Source: Halobacteriovoraceae bacterium (lineage in GTDB: Bacteria > Bdellovibrionota > Bacteriovoracia > Bacteriovoracales > Bacteriovoracaceae). From it: 64,000 nucleotides of DNA. Every line of letters starts with the position of its first letter. Positions within the stretch are counted from its first letter, which is position 1. The notes beneath the pieces were generated by a model that worked only from the letters and a program-made list of their open reading frames with translations, was not told the origin of the DNA and ran no database searches. A program made the position numbers and the translations under genes. The stretch lies in the NCBI GenBank assembly GCA_963719505.1, contig CAVRCF010000002.1, positions 160,001-224,000 of the forward strand, written 5' to 3'. Below, piece by piece: positions 1-9,841 of the stretch.

Positions 1-617
1 CCATTAAAAAATCCACCTAAAGAATCACAGTGAACTTTTTTGGTCGTCGCCAACTGAGAATAACACTTTTGAATATTTCCCGCTCCATCAAAGATGGCAT
101 CTAGGGTAATGATCTTTTTTTGAGATCGAACAGCACCAGGGTTAAAGACGGCGTTGAATTTTTGCCCCACACTAGGCTTTGCAATTTCAATTTCAAAATT
201 GACTGCATTTTCAGAAACACTACTTCGATAGGCTTTCATCTCTTTGATTTGAAGCTTAGAGCCCCGACTAACAAATGTATTGTCCGGGTCGGCAGAGTTT
301 CCGACTCTATACTTGGGTATGTCCGGTATTGCAGGGTTGGAGGATTTAAGTATTATGGCGTCAATAGGGACGACAGTCCCATCGGCTGGGAGGGGGTAAC
401 CCTCAAAAGTGGCGACGCAGTGTTTATTTTGACCAAGAGTCTTTTCAATCTGTCCAAAAATGGAAGCAACCTCAATGGAGAGTTCTAGATTTTTCTGGGT
501 CTTTTGAGAGTCGACCATAAGTTGGCTAATGACCACAGCAATTCCGGCAGCCATCGCAACCCCCATGAGTAGCGAAACCAGAGATATCCCATTTTGATTT
601 TGCGAAATTCTTTTCAT
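1..617 (-). CDS. Prepilin-like (type IV pilin/pseudopilin N-terminus) protein, runs off the window end
   Basis: Manual translation from ATG at 617: MKRISQNQNG|ISLVSLLMGVAMAAGIAVVISQLM...; class III signal peptide pattern (basic leader, Gly, hydrophobic helix; Ser instead of Glu at +5). Frame stays open to position 1. Not in the ORF track. Confidence 0.7.
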   Translation of the reverse strand, partial: MKRISQNQNGISLVSLLMGVAMAAGIAVVISQLMVDSQKTQKNLELSIEVASIFGQIEKTLGQNKHCVATFEGYPLPADGTVVPIDAIILKSSNPAIPDIPKYRVGNSADPDNTFVSRGSKLQIKEMKAYRSSVSENAVNFEIEIAKPSVGQKFNAVFNPGAVRSQKKIITLDAIFDGAGNIQKCYSQLATTKKVHCDSLGGFFN

Positions 618-713
618 CCCTAATTATATACTCAAATCCTTAAACAATTCTATAAGGAAGTAGTTTCACGCACATAGGAAAAAGGGATATGCCACTAAAA
701 AAGTGCAAAAAGA

Positions 714-1331
714 CTAAAGAGCGGTAAAACTTATGCCAAACTTTGACTCAATTCGCTCTTTCTCTTCATTTGAAAAAGCATTTTGATCAAGGGAGAGAAT
801 ATTGAGATTTTTACATTCTGTCATAAAGTCTGGAAGGTGGGTGAGTCCATTATTATCCAAGGTTAACCGGTTGAGCAAAGGAAGCTCCGTCACTTCTTGG
901 GGGATCTCGACTATTTCATTTGAGGATAAATTGAGATTTTTAAGGGTGAGAAGGGCCTGAATATTTTGGGGAAATTTCTTCAGAAGATTTTTACTGAGGT
1001 TGATATCTGTTAAAACATTGCTGGCATTTAAAGGGATATAAAGACTTTGAATTCTCCCGCCTGACAGATTGAGGCTCGTCATATTTTTGAGCTTAAAAAG
1101 ATTCTCTGAGACACCGCAGAGTTTGGTGCTATTGATATATACAATTCTGACATTTTCTAAATCACTAATCCAATCAGGAATAGATTCGAGAGTTGTTGAA
1201 CGAATATAGAGTGTTTCAAGGTTTGGAAGTGCTGAAATCTCTTCGGGAAGAGTGGTTGTTTTTAAGTTGAGTTTTAAGCTTGAGACGGCACTGGCATTTT
1301 CAAAGGCTTTTTTTAAACTTTTTACTAACAT
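714..1331 (-). CDS. Leucine-rich repeat protein
   Basis: Repeated LxxLxLxxNxL/LPxxI motifs (LKNLNLSSNEIVEIP, LNRLTLDNNGLTHLP). Confidence 0.9.
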   Translation of the reverse strand: MLVKSLKKAFENASAVSSLKLNLKTTTLPEEISALPNLETLYIRSTTLESIPDWISDLENVRIVYINSTKLCGVSENLFKLKNMTSLNLSGGRIQSLYIPLNASNVLTDINLSKNLLKKFPQNIQALLTLKNLNLSSNEIVEIPQEVTELPLLNRLTLDNNGLTHLPDFMTECKNLNILSLDQNAFSNEEKERIESKFGISFTAL

Positions 1332-1334
1332 GGC

Positions 1335-2516
1335 TTACTCTTGGGTTCCGGGGATTCCTAAAAAATAAAGGATGCTTGTCATCGGGCCATGACTCATATG
1401 TTGACCGGCATTTTCTTTGACTATTTCTTTGGCGTGAAAAGCGATACCAAGTCCCGCTTTTGCCAGCATTTTTAAATCATTTGCCCCATCGCCTATGGCC
1501 ACAACTTGCTCGAGATTTATGCTCTCTTGCTGCGCGAGCATCTCTAAAAGCATGGCTTTCTTATCAGCATCGACAATAGATCCCGAAACAATTCCTGTGA
1601 GCTTTCCCTCTTTAATTTCAAGCTCGTTGGCGAAGGCATAATCAAGCCCAAGATCTTTTTTAAAATGATCGGCAAAAAACTGAAACCCACCAGAGATGAT
1701 GGCAACTTTGTATCCTAAATTTTTAACGGTTTTGACAAACTCGGCGACACCGTCTGTGAGTTTAATTTGTTTTAAAACATCATTCATTTTAGACTCAGGC
1801 ATGCCTTTTAAAAGAGCGACTCTTTGTTTAAGACTTTCTGAAAAATCAAATTTTCCATTCATGGCCTCTTCAGTAATTCGATGAACTTCATCTCCCACTC
1901 CATGAACTTTTGCCATCTCGACAATCACTTCAGATTGAATAAGGGTGGAGTCCATATCAAAAACGATAAGGCGCTTATTCCAGCGCCAGACATTGTCTCT
2001 TAAAAGGGCGAGATCAGTTTTGTGTTTATTAGAAATACGAATCAGTTTCTTTTTTATATTCGTCCAGTCAATATCATTTGTTTGTGCTCTCATGGCAATA
2101 TCAAGAGACTTAAACTCATCTTCTGTAATATTGTCGATTCTTTGAATATTGATACTACTTTGAGCTAGAGTTGAGGAGATATCTTCAAGAAACTCCGCTT
2201 GGAGTCCATTTTGATTTACAACTGAGATGATGTATTTGTCACCGGATTTCTTTATAGAGCCGTGATCGTCAACCACTTCAAAATCCAAATTCATTTTCAT
2301 TTTTTTTGCAATAAAAAAAAGATCTTTTAAAAGAGGGGAGTCTTCAATTTCTACTGCTTCAATGGATAGAAGGATATTTAAAGATAAAAATCCATGAGTT
2401 ATTGATTGTCCCATGTCTTCAATCTGCGCATGATTCTCTCTTATGCATTTCATAAGACCCGCTGTCACTCCGGGGTGATCTTGTCCTGTGACGAAAATGA
2501 GCACCATATTTTTCAC
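1335..2516 (-). CDS. serB: Phosphoserine phosphatase SerB with N-terminal ACT domains
   Basis: HAD motifs FDMDSTLI, ISGGF, GDGANDL; ACT-like GQDHPGV N-terminus. Confidence 0.95.
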   Translation of the reverse strand: MKNMVLIFVTGQDHPGVTAGLMKCIRENHAQIEDMGQSITHGFLSLNILLSIEAVEIEDSPLLKDLFFIAKKMKMNLDFEVVDDHGSIKKSGDKYIISVVNQNGLQAEFLEDISSTLAQSSINIQRIDNITEDEFKSLDIAMRAQTNDIDWTNIKKKLIRISNKHKTDLALLRDNVWRWNKRLIVFDMDSTLIQSEVIVEMAKVHGVGDEVHRITEEAMNGKFDFSESLKQRVALLKGMPESKMNDVLKQIKLTDGVAEFVKTVKNLGYKVAIISGGFQFFADHFKKDLGLDYAFANELEIKEGKLTGIVSGSIVDADKKAMLLEMLAQQESINLEQVVAIGDGANDLKMLAKAGLGIAFHAKEIVKENAGQHMSHGPMTSILYFLGIPGTQE

Positions 2517-3166
2517 GGAGTTTGCTTCTCCATCTTACGAAGTTTCTTCGCTTCTTTTTTCGCCATTCGATCTTGTTTCAGTTTTCTCACCATCGAGATG
2601 GAATAGAGAACTGCTGACCAAAGGGAAATAATCGAAGCTATATAAATAAAGAGAATTCCCATTTTTGGAAAAGGAAAGATCCACCAGTCTTCATTACACA
2701 TAAGCATGGGGATTCCCACCATCATGGTCGCGGTTTTCCACTTCCCAAGACTGTTTACAGGAACAGTTATCCCTTCATTCATGGCCAAAAGGCGCAGTGA
2801 AGTCATATACATTTCTCGAAGAACCAAGATAATGACCACGATAGAAGAAATTCTTCCCAAGGCCAAAAGCATAATAAGACTTGAGACGGTGATAAACTTA
2901 TCAGCGATCGGATCTAAGAAAGATCCAAAGACTGTTACGATATTTCTTTTTCGTGCAATATAGCCATCAAAAAAATCTGTGATAGAGGCGACAGTGAAAA
3001 TCCAGGCTGCGGCCCATCCAAAAAGACTCGACGTTTCTTGAGCAAAGAAGTCAGCTTCAAGCTTAACCACAAGCAGACAACCAATGACCAAGGGGATCAT
3101 GAGAACACGAAAGATCGTTATTCTGTTGGGGAGGTTGTCAATTTCGAGATCGTTTACGTCTGACAT
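2513..3166 (-). CDS. pgsA: CDP-diacylglycerol--glycerol-3-phosphate 3-phosphatidyltransferase
   Basis: NLPNRIT, DFFDGYIARK...FGSFLDPIADK, GKWKT motifs. Confidence 0.95.
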   Translation of the reverse strand: MSDVNDLEIDNLPNRITIFRVLMIPLVIGCLLVVKLEADFFAQETSSLFGWAAAWIFTVASITDFFDGYIARKRNIVTVFGSFLDPIADKFITVSSLIMLLALGRISSIVVIILVLREMYMTSLRLLAMNEGITVPVNSLGKWKTATMMVGIPMLMCNEDWWIFPFPKMGILFIYIASIISLWSAVLYSISMVRKLKQDRMAKKEAKKLRKMEKQTP

Positions 3167-3296
3167 ATTTCTAATATAACAATGAAAATTCGTGAAGCCT
3201 AATTTTTTCCTACTAACTTTTTAAAAAGCAGGTACTTATAATGGTAGGACATTAATAAATATATAATTTGCTGCGATACAAAAAAGGAAAGGTAAG

Positions 3297-4016
3297 ATGG
3301 CCCATTTAAATTTGGTTAAAAGTGACTTTGAGCAATTGGAGAAAAAAGTTTTCCCAAGGTTTCCGTTTTGTTATCTCACGTTTAAGTGTGATGAATACGA
3401 CACTCACGTTTTTGAAGTTAAAGATATCTCTCAAACTGGTATGCAACTAGCTCTTGCAAACGGTGAGCATAAAATCGGCGAAGAAAAAAAGATCAATGGA
3501 ACTCTTCAGTGGTCGGGAATAAAACTCGAAGTCTCAGCACAGGTGAAATGGACAACTAAAAGACGTTTGGGTGTTGAATTTAGCACCAAACCCAGCCACC
3601 GAGAGAGCATTTCAGATTTTCTATCGGTTCAAAATTTCGCCAAGCTTTTAAAACCAGTTCATAAAATGGAATTTGGTTTCGAGACGCCACCAAGACTTAA
3701 ATACTGGCTTCGATGCGATGGACCTGTTGAGCTTTTTGTTTGGCAACATAGCGATGGAGAACTGGCCCAGTTTGAGATTTTGATTATGGAAAACTATATT
3801 CAGTGGAAAGATGGACAAGGGCTTAAGACGGCCAGAATCATCTCAAAAAGAGATGTGGATACTCCTTTAATTACTGAAGATGAATTTGTGATAAAAGTTG
3901 ATTCGGTGATTGATGATAATAAAGTTGATCTCGCAAGTGCGCTGATTACTCATGTGGATGGAGATCTTTTAACCGATCAATGCGTAGACTTCATAAAAAT
4001 GAAACTTGGATTATAG
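3297..4016 (+). CDS. PilZ domain-containing protein
   Basis: PRFP followed by DISQTG (D-x-S-x-x-G) and a VKW...LGVEF beta-barrel pattern; first Arg of RxxxR is not canonical. Confidence 0.7.
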   Translation: MAHLNLVKSDFEQLEKKVFPRFPFCYLTFKCDEYDTHVFEVKDISQTGMQLALANGEHKIGEEKKINGTLQWSGIKLEVSAQVKWTTKRRLGVEFSTKPSHRESISDFLSVQNFAKLLKPVHKMEFGFETPPRLKYWLRCDGPVELFVWQHSDGELAQFEILIMENYIQWKDGQGLKTARIISKRDVDTPLITEDEFVIKVDSVIDDNKVDLASALITHVDGDLLTDQCVDFIKMKLGL

Positions 4017-4067
4017 TAGGCATCTTGCTAGAATCAAAAAAGACAAAAATCAATAAAAGGAAATAAA

Positions 4068-5021
4068 GTGAATAGAAACTTAGCACTAGAGTTTGTTAGA
4101 GTAACAGAGATGGCCGCACTTGCTTCGGCGAGACTAATGGGAAGAGGCGATGAGAAAGCCGCTGACCAGGCAGCTGTTGATGCCATGAGATCAATGCTCG
4201 ATTCAGTTGAATGCGATGCTACTATCGTGATCGGTGAAGGTGAAAGAGATGAAGCTCCCATGCTCTTTATCGGAGAAAAAGTGGGAAGTGGAAATGGACA
4301 AAAACTTGAAATAGCTGTCGATCCTCTCGAGGGAACAACGATCTGTGCCGTCGGTGGTTATAATTCAATCTCAGTTATGGCCATCGGAGAGAAGGGCAAT
4401 CTGATGAATGCTCCTGATACTTATATGAATAAGATCGCCGTGGGCCCCAGTGCTAAAGGTGTTATTGATATTACTATGTCGCCCACTGAAAATATTAAAA
4501 GAGTGGCCGATGCAAAAAAATGTAGAGTCCAAGACCTTACGGCCATGGTGCTGGATAGACCAAGACACGAAGAACTTATTAAAGAACTTAGAAAGACGGG
4601 GTGTCGAATTCACCTCATTGGTGACGGAGACGTTTCGGCGGCTATTGCCACGGCTCTTCCCGATTCAGGAATCGATATCCTTTTTGGTATTGGTGGTGCA
4701 CCTGAAGGCGTGATCGCTGCGGCGGCGCTTAGATGCTTGGGTGGAGATTTTCAAGGAGTTTTCGTTCCTCGAAATGACGATGAAGTTGTCCGAGCAAAAA
4801 AAATGGGTGTAGAGGATATTAATAAAATTTTAAATATTGATGATCTTGCTTGTGGAAATGTCATGTTTGTTGCAACTGGCGTTACAGATGGCTCGCTGCT
4901 TGATGGTGTAAAGTTTAAACCTTGGGGTGCGGAAACTCATTCCATCGTTATGCGGAGTGAGTCAGGTACGATACGTCATATTAGAGCTGAGCACCACTTC
5001 GATAAAAAACCGCGTTACTAG
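4068..5021 (+). CDS. glpX: Class II fructose-1,6-bisphosphatase
   Basis: VIGEGERDEAPML, AVDPLEGT, GIGGAPEGV, ATGVTDG motifs; GTG start. Confidence 0.96.
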   Translation: MNRNLALEFVRVTEMAALASARLMGRGDEKAADQAAVDAMRSMLDSVECDATIVIGEGERDEAPMLFIGEKVGSGNGQKLEIAVDPLEGTTICAVGGYNSISVMAIGEKGNLMNAPDTYMNKIAVGPSAKGVIDITMSPTENIKRVADAKKCRVQDLTAMVLDRPRHEELIKELRKTGCRIHLIGDGDVSAAIATALPDSGIDILFGIGGAPEGVIAAAALRCLGGDFQGVFVPRNDDEVVRAKKMGVEDINKILNIDDLACGNVMFVATGVTDGSLLDGVKFKPWGAETHSIVMRSESGTIRHIRAEHHFDKKPRY

Positions 5022-5131
5022 GAAGCTAAGGGGGGATGTTCATTTCTTCCCCCTTGGACAAAATCTCCATCAGGGTGTATTTTTAGAACTCAAAATTTCT
5101 GAGATTTCTCAAAAGTGTGGAGCCCTATATT

Positions 5132-6019
5132 ATGAAAAAAATTTCATCTCTTTTTATTTTTTTATTTCTCTGCTCTTTCACTGAGGCCCATTCAAATTAT
5201 CAAATGAGCATCGCCACTTTAAATACATGGATGATTCCCGTTTTGCGAAAAAAAGCAAATGAGAGGGCTTCTTTTATTGGAGAGGCCCTGGCTCAATATG
5301 ATGGAGCATTCTTTCAAGAAGTTTTCAGCAAAAAACAAAAAAGAATTTTTAAAAGAAAGTTATCAGACTTTGATTCTTATGAGGATAGAAGACCACTTGG
5401 GAAGATTACCTCTGGTCTTTTAAGTTTTAGCCGCTTTCCGATCATTGAGAAAAAATTTATAAGATATAGAAAATGTAAACTCGCTCAGTGTTTTGCCAAT
5501 AAAGGTGTTTTGCTAACCAGAGTTAAAATTTCTGAGAATGTGGAGTTGGATGTCTACAACACCCACACTGAACCTTTTTCAGATAGAGCTTGGATTAGAG
5601 AGAGACAGATAAAACAACTTTTGGCCTTTGTTGAAAGTAATGATCCTTTAAAGATGAATCCGGCTATCATCCTAGGGGATTTAAATATTCATTCAGAGAC
5701 TGAAGAGTACGTCGTAATAAATTCTCTTTTAGAGCAGGTGGGTTTTAGGGATTCATGGGTTGAAGTTAACGGCAACGATCCTGGATTTACCTGGAACTCC
5801 ATTCTTAATGAGTGGGGGCAAAGGCTCCATAGAAAGCCTCAAAATCGTACAAAAGAGAGACTTGACTATATTTATGTAAGAGATGGCGTTCATTCTCAAA
5901 TTGCCTTAGATGAGGTGGAATTGATTCTGGATCAAAAGGTGAAACTCAGACCAAATGATGGGGTGACCCATTTTGTGAGTGATCATTTTGGTGTCGGGGC
6001 AAAGCTTACTTTGTACTAA
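5132..6019 (+). CDS. Secreted endonuclease/exonuclease/phosphatase family protein (sphingomyelinase-like)
   Basis: Signal peptide from ATG 5132; motifs TLNTW, FQEVF, NKGV, NTH, GDLN, RLDYI, SDHFGV. Confidence 0.85.
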   Translation: MKKISSLFIFLFLCSFTEAHSNYQMSIATLNTWMIPVLRKKANERASFIGEALAQYDGAFFQEVFSKKQKRIFKRKLSDFDSYEDRRPLGKITSGLLSFSRFPIIEKKFIRYRKCKLAQCFANKGVLLTRVKISENVELDVYNTHTEPFSDRAWIRERQIKQLLAFVESNDPLKMNPAIILGDLNIHSETEEYVVINSLLEQVGFRDSWVEVNGNDPGFTWNSILNEWGQRLHRKPQNRTKERLDYIYVRDGVHSQIALDEVELILDQKVKLRPNDGVTHFVSDHFGVGAKLTLY

Positions 6020-6130
6020 TTAGTTAAGCTCATTAGTCAGCCTTTTATAAGAAAGATTTCCCCAAGTTTTAAAATTGAAAATTCTTGATACAATTAGACA
6101 ATAAATAGTTTTAAACCTTGGAGACAATAA

Positions 6131-6556
6131 ATGGCATCAGCACAAAGAGTTGAAACATTCGAAACAACACCTGAAAATATTTACAAAGTTTTGACCGACT
6201 ATGAAGGTTACGCCGATTTTATGGACGGAGTAAAATCTGTTAGTGTGATTGAGCGAAAGGGTAATAGTGCGAAAGTCGAATACAATATTAATATCATTAA
6301 AAAGTTCTCTTATGTTTTAACAAGTACAGAAGTTGAAAATGAGAAGGTTTCTTGGAGTTTTGATTCTGGAGATCTTTTTAGTTCCAATAATGGTTCTTGG
6401 ACTCTTAAAGATAATGGGGACGGAACGACAGAAGTTACTTATAATATCGATATTGATTTTAAAGTTAAAGTTCCTGGAATGATTTCTAAAAAATTAGTCT
6501 CAAGTAATCTGCCATCAATGATGAAGTCGGTTCATAAAAGAGCGAAGTCCCTTTAA
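6131..6556 (+). CDS. SRPBCC/START (polyketide cyclase, RatA/Coq10-like) family protein
   Basis: IYKVLTDYEGYADFM...GSWTL...TEVTY pattern. Confidence 0.85.
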   Translation: MASAQRVETFETTPENIYKVLTDYEGYADFMDGVKSVSVIERKGNSAKVEYNINIIKKFSYVLTSTEVENEKVSWSFDSGDLFSSNNGSWTLKDNGDGTTEVTYNIDIDFKVKVPGMISKKLVSSNLPSMMKSVHKRAKSL

Positions 6557-6573
6557 GATTTAAGGAAGAGAAA

Positions 6574-6909
6574 ATGGAAGAAAAAGAAAAAAAACATATT
6601 ACGGATATCTTTAAAAAGGTTGTGAGCACCGGCATTAGTGCAGCGTTTATGACTGAAGATGCTGTAAAGAATCTGATTCAAGATCTTCCACTGCCAAAAG
6701 AGATGGCCCAAGGTCTGTTGCAAAACGCCAAGCAAACCAAAGAAGAGTTTGTGGGCTCAGTTAAAAATGAATTAAAAAGTTATCTGGATAAAATTGATCT
6801 CACCAAAGAGATCGATAGAGTGCTGGATAATTACGATTTAGAAATTAAGGCCAATATCAAGTTCAATAAAAAGAAAACTAAAACTAAAACAAAGAAAAAA
6901 TCAGAGTAA
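6574..6909 (+). CDS. Hypothetical protein with Lys-rich C-terminus
   Basis: 111-aa ORF with AG-rich RBS, in operon context; no family recognised. Confidence 0.7.
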   Translation: MEEKEKKHITDIFKKVVSTGISAAFMTEDAVKNLIQDLPLPKEMAQGLLQNAKQTKEEFVGSVKNELKSYLDKIDLTKEIDRVLDNYDLEIKANIKFNKKKTKTKTKKKSE

Positions 6910-6972
6910 TTTATTCCGACCATCAAAGAGAATCTCGATTTTTTTAATAAACAACTGGGACAGGCAAAGCTT

Positions 6973-7572
6973 TTGGCCGTCTCTAAAACGAAAAGTGCCG
7001 AGGCGATTAAAAGCGCCTATGAAGCCGGTCAAAGAGACTTTGGTGAAAATAAGGTGCAGGAGCTGGCCCAAAAAGCCCAGCTTCTATGTGAAGAGTGTCC
7101 AAATATCAATTGGCACTTTATTGGCTCTCTTCAGTCTAATAAAATCAATAGTTTATTAAAGGTTCCCAACCTCGTATCTATTCATTCCATCGACAGTATC
7201 AAATTATTGAATAAGTTATTGAGTAAAAAGACTGATAAAAAGATCGGAGTCTTTCTCCAGGTCAACACCTCGGGTGAGGATGAAAAGTCGGGCTTTGAAG
7301 ATTTTGAACAACTCTCTGTTGCGGCCATGAGCATAAAGTCTGAAAGCTTTTACTTTCAAGGATTAATGACCATAGGAAAAATTCGAACGGATGAGTTCGA
7401 AAGTGACGCAAAAGCTTGTTTTTTAAGATTAAATGAGTATAAAGAGAGACTAAATAGTGATGATTTAGAACTATCCATGGGGATGAGTTCAGATTTCAAA
7501 ATTGCCATCGAGTGCGGATCAAATTGGGTTCGTATTGGATCGGGAATTTTTGGCCTAAGAGGCCAAGGTTAA
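6973..7572 (+). CDS. yggS: YggS/PROSC pyridoxal phosphate homeostasis protein; true start probably near 6913
   Basis: AVSK, FGENKVQE, WHFIGSLQSNK, GLMTIG, LSMGMSSD, VRIGSGIFG motifs. Confidence 0.93.
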   Translation: MAVSKTKSAEAIKSAYEAGQRDFGENKVQELAQKAQLLCEECPNINWHFIGSLQSNKINSLLKVPNLVSIHSIDSIKLLNKLLSKKTDKKIGVFLQVNTSGEDEKSGFEDFEQLSVAAMSIKSESFYFQGLMTIGKIRTDEFESDAKACFLRLNEYKERLNSDDLELSMGMSSDFKIAIECGSNWVRIGSGIFGLRGQG

Positions 7573-7583
7573 GGAGATAAAGA

Positions 7584-8534
7584 ATGGGTGACGATTCGAG
7601 AAAAGTTCCAGAGTTAAGTTTATTAAAATATGTAAACGGAAACGAGTCTGAAAAAGCTGAATTTGTTAAAAACCTCTATACAGGGATTAAAGACTACGGC
7701 TTTATTATTCTTACAGATCATACGATGACTCAATCTGCGGTTGATAAAGGCTATGCAGCTTCAAAAGCTTTCTTTGCTCTTTCAAAAGAAGAAAAAGAAG
7801 CTTGTATCTCTTCCGCTGGAGCTGGTCAGCGTGGTTATACGCCCTTTGGAACTGAGCACGCTAAAGACAATCCTTATAAAGATTTAAAAGAGTTTTACCA
7901 TGTTGGACGTGAAGTCCCAGACGATCATCCTTATGCTAAATACTACCCAAAAAATATTTATCCCACTCAAGTTGATAATTTTAAAGAAGACATGCTCGCT
8001 ATTTATAATGAGCTGGATAAAACATCTGAAATTCTTTTAGAGGCCCTTGGAATTGCTCTTGATGTGCCTAAAGATTATTTTCATAAAATGATTCATGAGG
8101 GGAATTCTGTTCTTCGTGCTATTCATTACCCTCCAGTTGGAGAAGCTCCTCCTGAAGGATCTATCCGTGCGGCGGCCCATGGTGATATCAATCTTATTAC
8201 GATTTTAATGGGAGCAACAGCTTCTGGACTTCAACTATTAGACAGAGACGGAACTTGGTTAGATGTTAACTCTAAAGAGGGACAACTTGTGGTTGATGCT
8301 GGAGATATGCTTAGTCGAATCACAAATGATATTATTCCAGCGACTATTCACCGAGTGATAAATCCAAAAGATGCGACCAGTGCGCGCTTTTCAGCACCAT
8401 TTTTTGTTCATCCACACCCAGAGGCGATGTTAGAATGCATTCCAAGCTGTGAAGGTGATGGTGCCAAATATCCACCGATTTCAAGTCATGACTGTTTAAC
8501 CAAGAGGTTAAAAGACATTGGATTATTGAAGTAA
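7584..8534 (+). CDS. Isopenicillin N synthase-family 2OG-Fe(II) dioxygenase
   Basis: GQRGY, DLKEF, RAAAHGDINLIT (HxD), TIHRV, RFSAPFF (RxS). Confidence 0.92.
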   Translation: MGDDSRKVPELSLLKYVNGNESEKAEFVKNLYTGIKDYGFIILTDHTMTQSAVDKGYAASKAFFALSKEEKEACISSAGAGQRGYTPFGTEHAKDNPYKDLKEFYHVGREVPDDHPYAKYYPKNIYPTQVDNFKEDMLAIYNELDKTSEILLEALGIALDVPKDYFHKMIHEGNSVLRAIHYPPVGEAPPEGSIRAAAHGDINLITILMGATASGLQLLDRDGTWLDVNSKEGQLVVDAGDMLSRITNDIIPATIHRVINPKDATSARFSAPFFVHPHPEAMLECIPSCEGDGAKYPPISSHDCLTKRLKDIGLLK

Positions 8535-8567
8535 GGTCTTAATTTTAAAACATTTATAGTCATCAAT

Positions 8568-8600
8568 AAGGGTCTGTGTTTCAGGCCCTTTTTTATTTTT
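8568..8600 (+). terminator. Rho-independent terminator
   Basis: AAGGGTCTG-tgttt-CAGGCCCTT stem followed by a T-tract. Confidence 0.65.
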
Positions 8601-8714
8601 TGAAACAGGGTCAATCTGCCTGACTCACCTCATCAGAAGTTAGCTTTTTTTTATAGACGGGACAAAATGCCAGCGATAACAATTTAGTCAAGTAATAACA
8701 AAACGGAGAGGACA

Positions 8715-9809
8715 ATGAAGATTAAACACTTATTCATGGGATCGCTATTGATTATCTCTTTTGGTTGTAAGAAAAAATACCAAGAGGGCTACAATGCGGG
8801 GTACGACGTCGGTCACGAAGAGGGCTACGCAGAAACATACGACTCGGGTTATGCCGATGGAAACTCAGAAGGTCTAGCGACTGGTTTTGATAGCGGTTAC
8901 GTCGATGGTTTTGAATCAGGACATGTAACGGGATTTAGTAATGCAAGGGGTGATTTTGCATCAGCTGAATACGAACAAGGTTTTTCACAAGCGGAAGTTA
9001 TCGGCTACGACGAGGGATACGACTTTGGAAATGCTGAGGGGACGGCCCTTGGAACAACTGAGGGTTATGCTGATGGTTATGAGCTCTCTTATAATGCAGC
9101 TTATGGTTTTCATTATAGACAGCAATATGATGTTGGTTACGATATTGGTTTTGATAATGAATACGATAATGGTTACGACGACGGTTCAATAGATGGATAC
9201 AATAATGGTTATAATAACGGATACGATGACGGATATGATGATCAAGTAAGTGAAAACTACGATCACGGGTACGACGATGGTTATGATGACGGATATGACG
9301 ATGGTTATAGTGACGGTTATGGATCGAGTACAGCTTCAAAAAATCCTTATGTAAAACTTATTTCAATGGTTAATGCTGATCTTGTTGATTACTCAAAGGT
9401 GAGAAAGTTTGATGCTCAATCTGTTAGTGAGTCCATGGGCTCAAATACAGCTGATGCAGGGACTGTCGATATGGGTAAACTTGCAGCTCTTAAGGAGAAT
9501 CACTACCTTGGACAAATTTCAAATCAATTACAAAGTAAATTTGGTCTTTCAAATAAGTCGGCAAGACAAGTGTCTTTAGTTGTTCATCAATATAATAAGC
9601 TTGCGGGTTCAAGAAGTTTAACGGAAGCCGATGCAAAAGCTTTCTCTCAAAACTTAATTGGATTTGATATCTCAACTGTTGAGGGAGCTTTTAAAGAATC
9701 ACTTAAAGGGGATTCAGCAAGACTTAATGGAATGCTAGAGCAGGCGAGTTCAAAACTGGGAACAAGCCCAGAGAACTTTAACCAAATGATCTCAACGATC
9801 TTTTTCTAG
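8715..9809 (+). CDS. GYxxG-repeat acidic lipoprotein, paralog 1
   Basis: Lipobox SFGC+KKKY, G-[YF]-x-[DE] repeats, conserved C-terminal domain ending TIFF. Confidence 0.85.
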   Translation: MKIKHLFMGSLLIISFGCKKKYQEGYNAGYDVGHEEGYAETYDSGYADGNSEGLATGFDSGYVDGFESGHVTGFSNARGDFASAEYEQGFSQAEVIGYDEGYDFGNAEGTALGTTEGYADGYELSYNAAYGFHYRQQYDVGYDIGFDNEYDNGYDDGSIDGYNNGYNNGYDDGYDDQVSENYDHGYDDGYDDGYDDGYSDGYGSSTASKNPYVKLISMVNADLVDYSKVRKFDAQSVSESMGSNTADAGTVDMGKLAALKENHYLGQISNQLQSKFGLSNKSARQVSLVVHQYNKLAGSRSLTEADAKAFSQNLIGFDISTVEGAFKESLKGDSARLNGMLEQASSKLGTSPENFNQMISTIFF

Positions 9810-9841
9810 TTTTATTTAATATAAAAATTATAAGGACAGAT

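Noticed and set aside
120-488. Plus-strand 122-aa ORF
   Set aside because: Antisense to the longer prepilin-like frame starting at 617.
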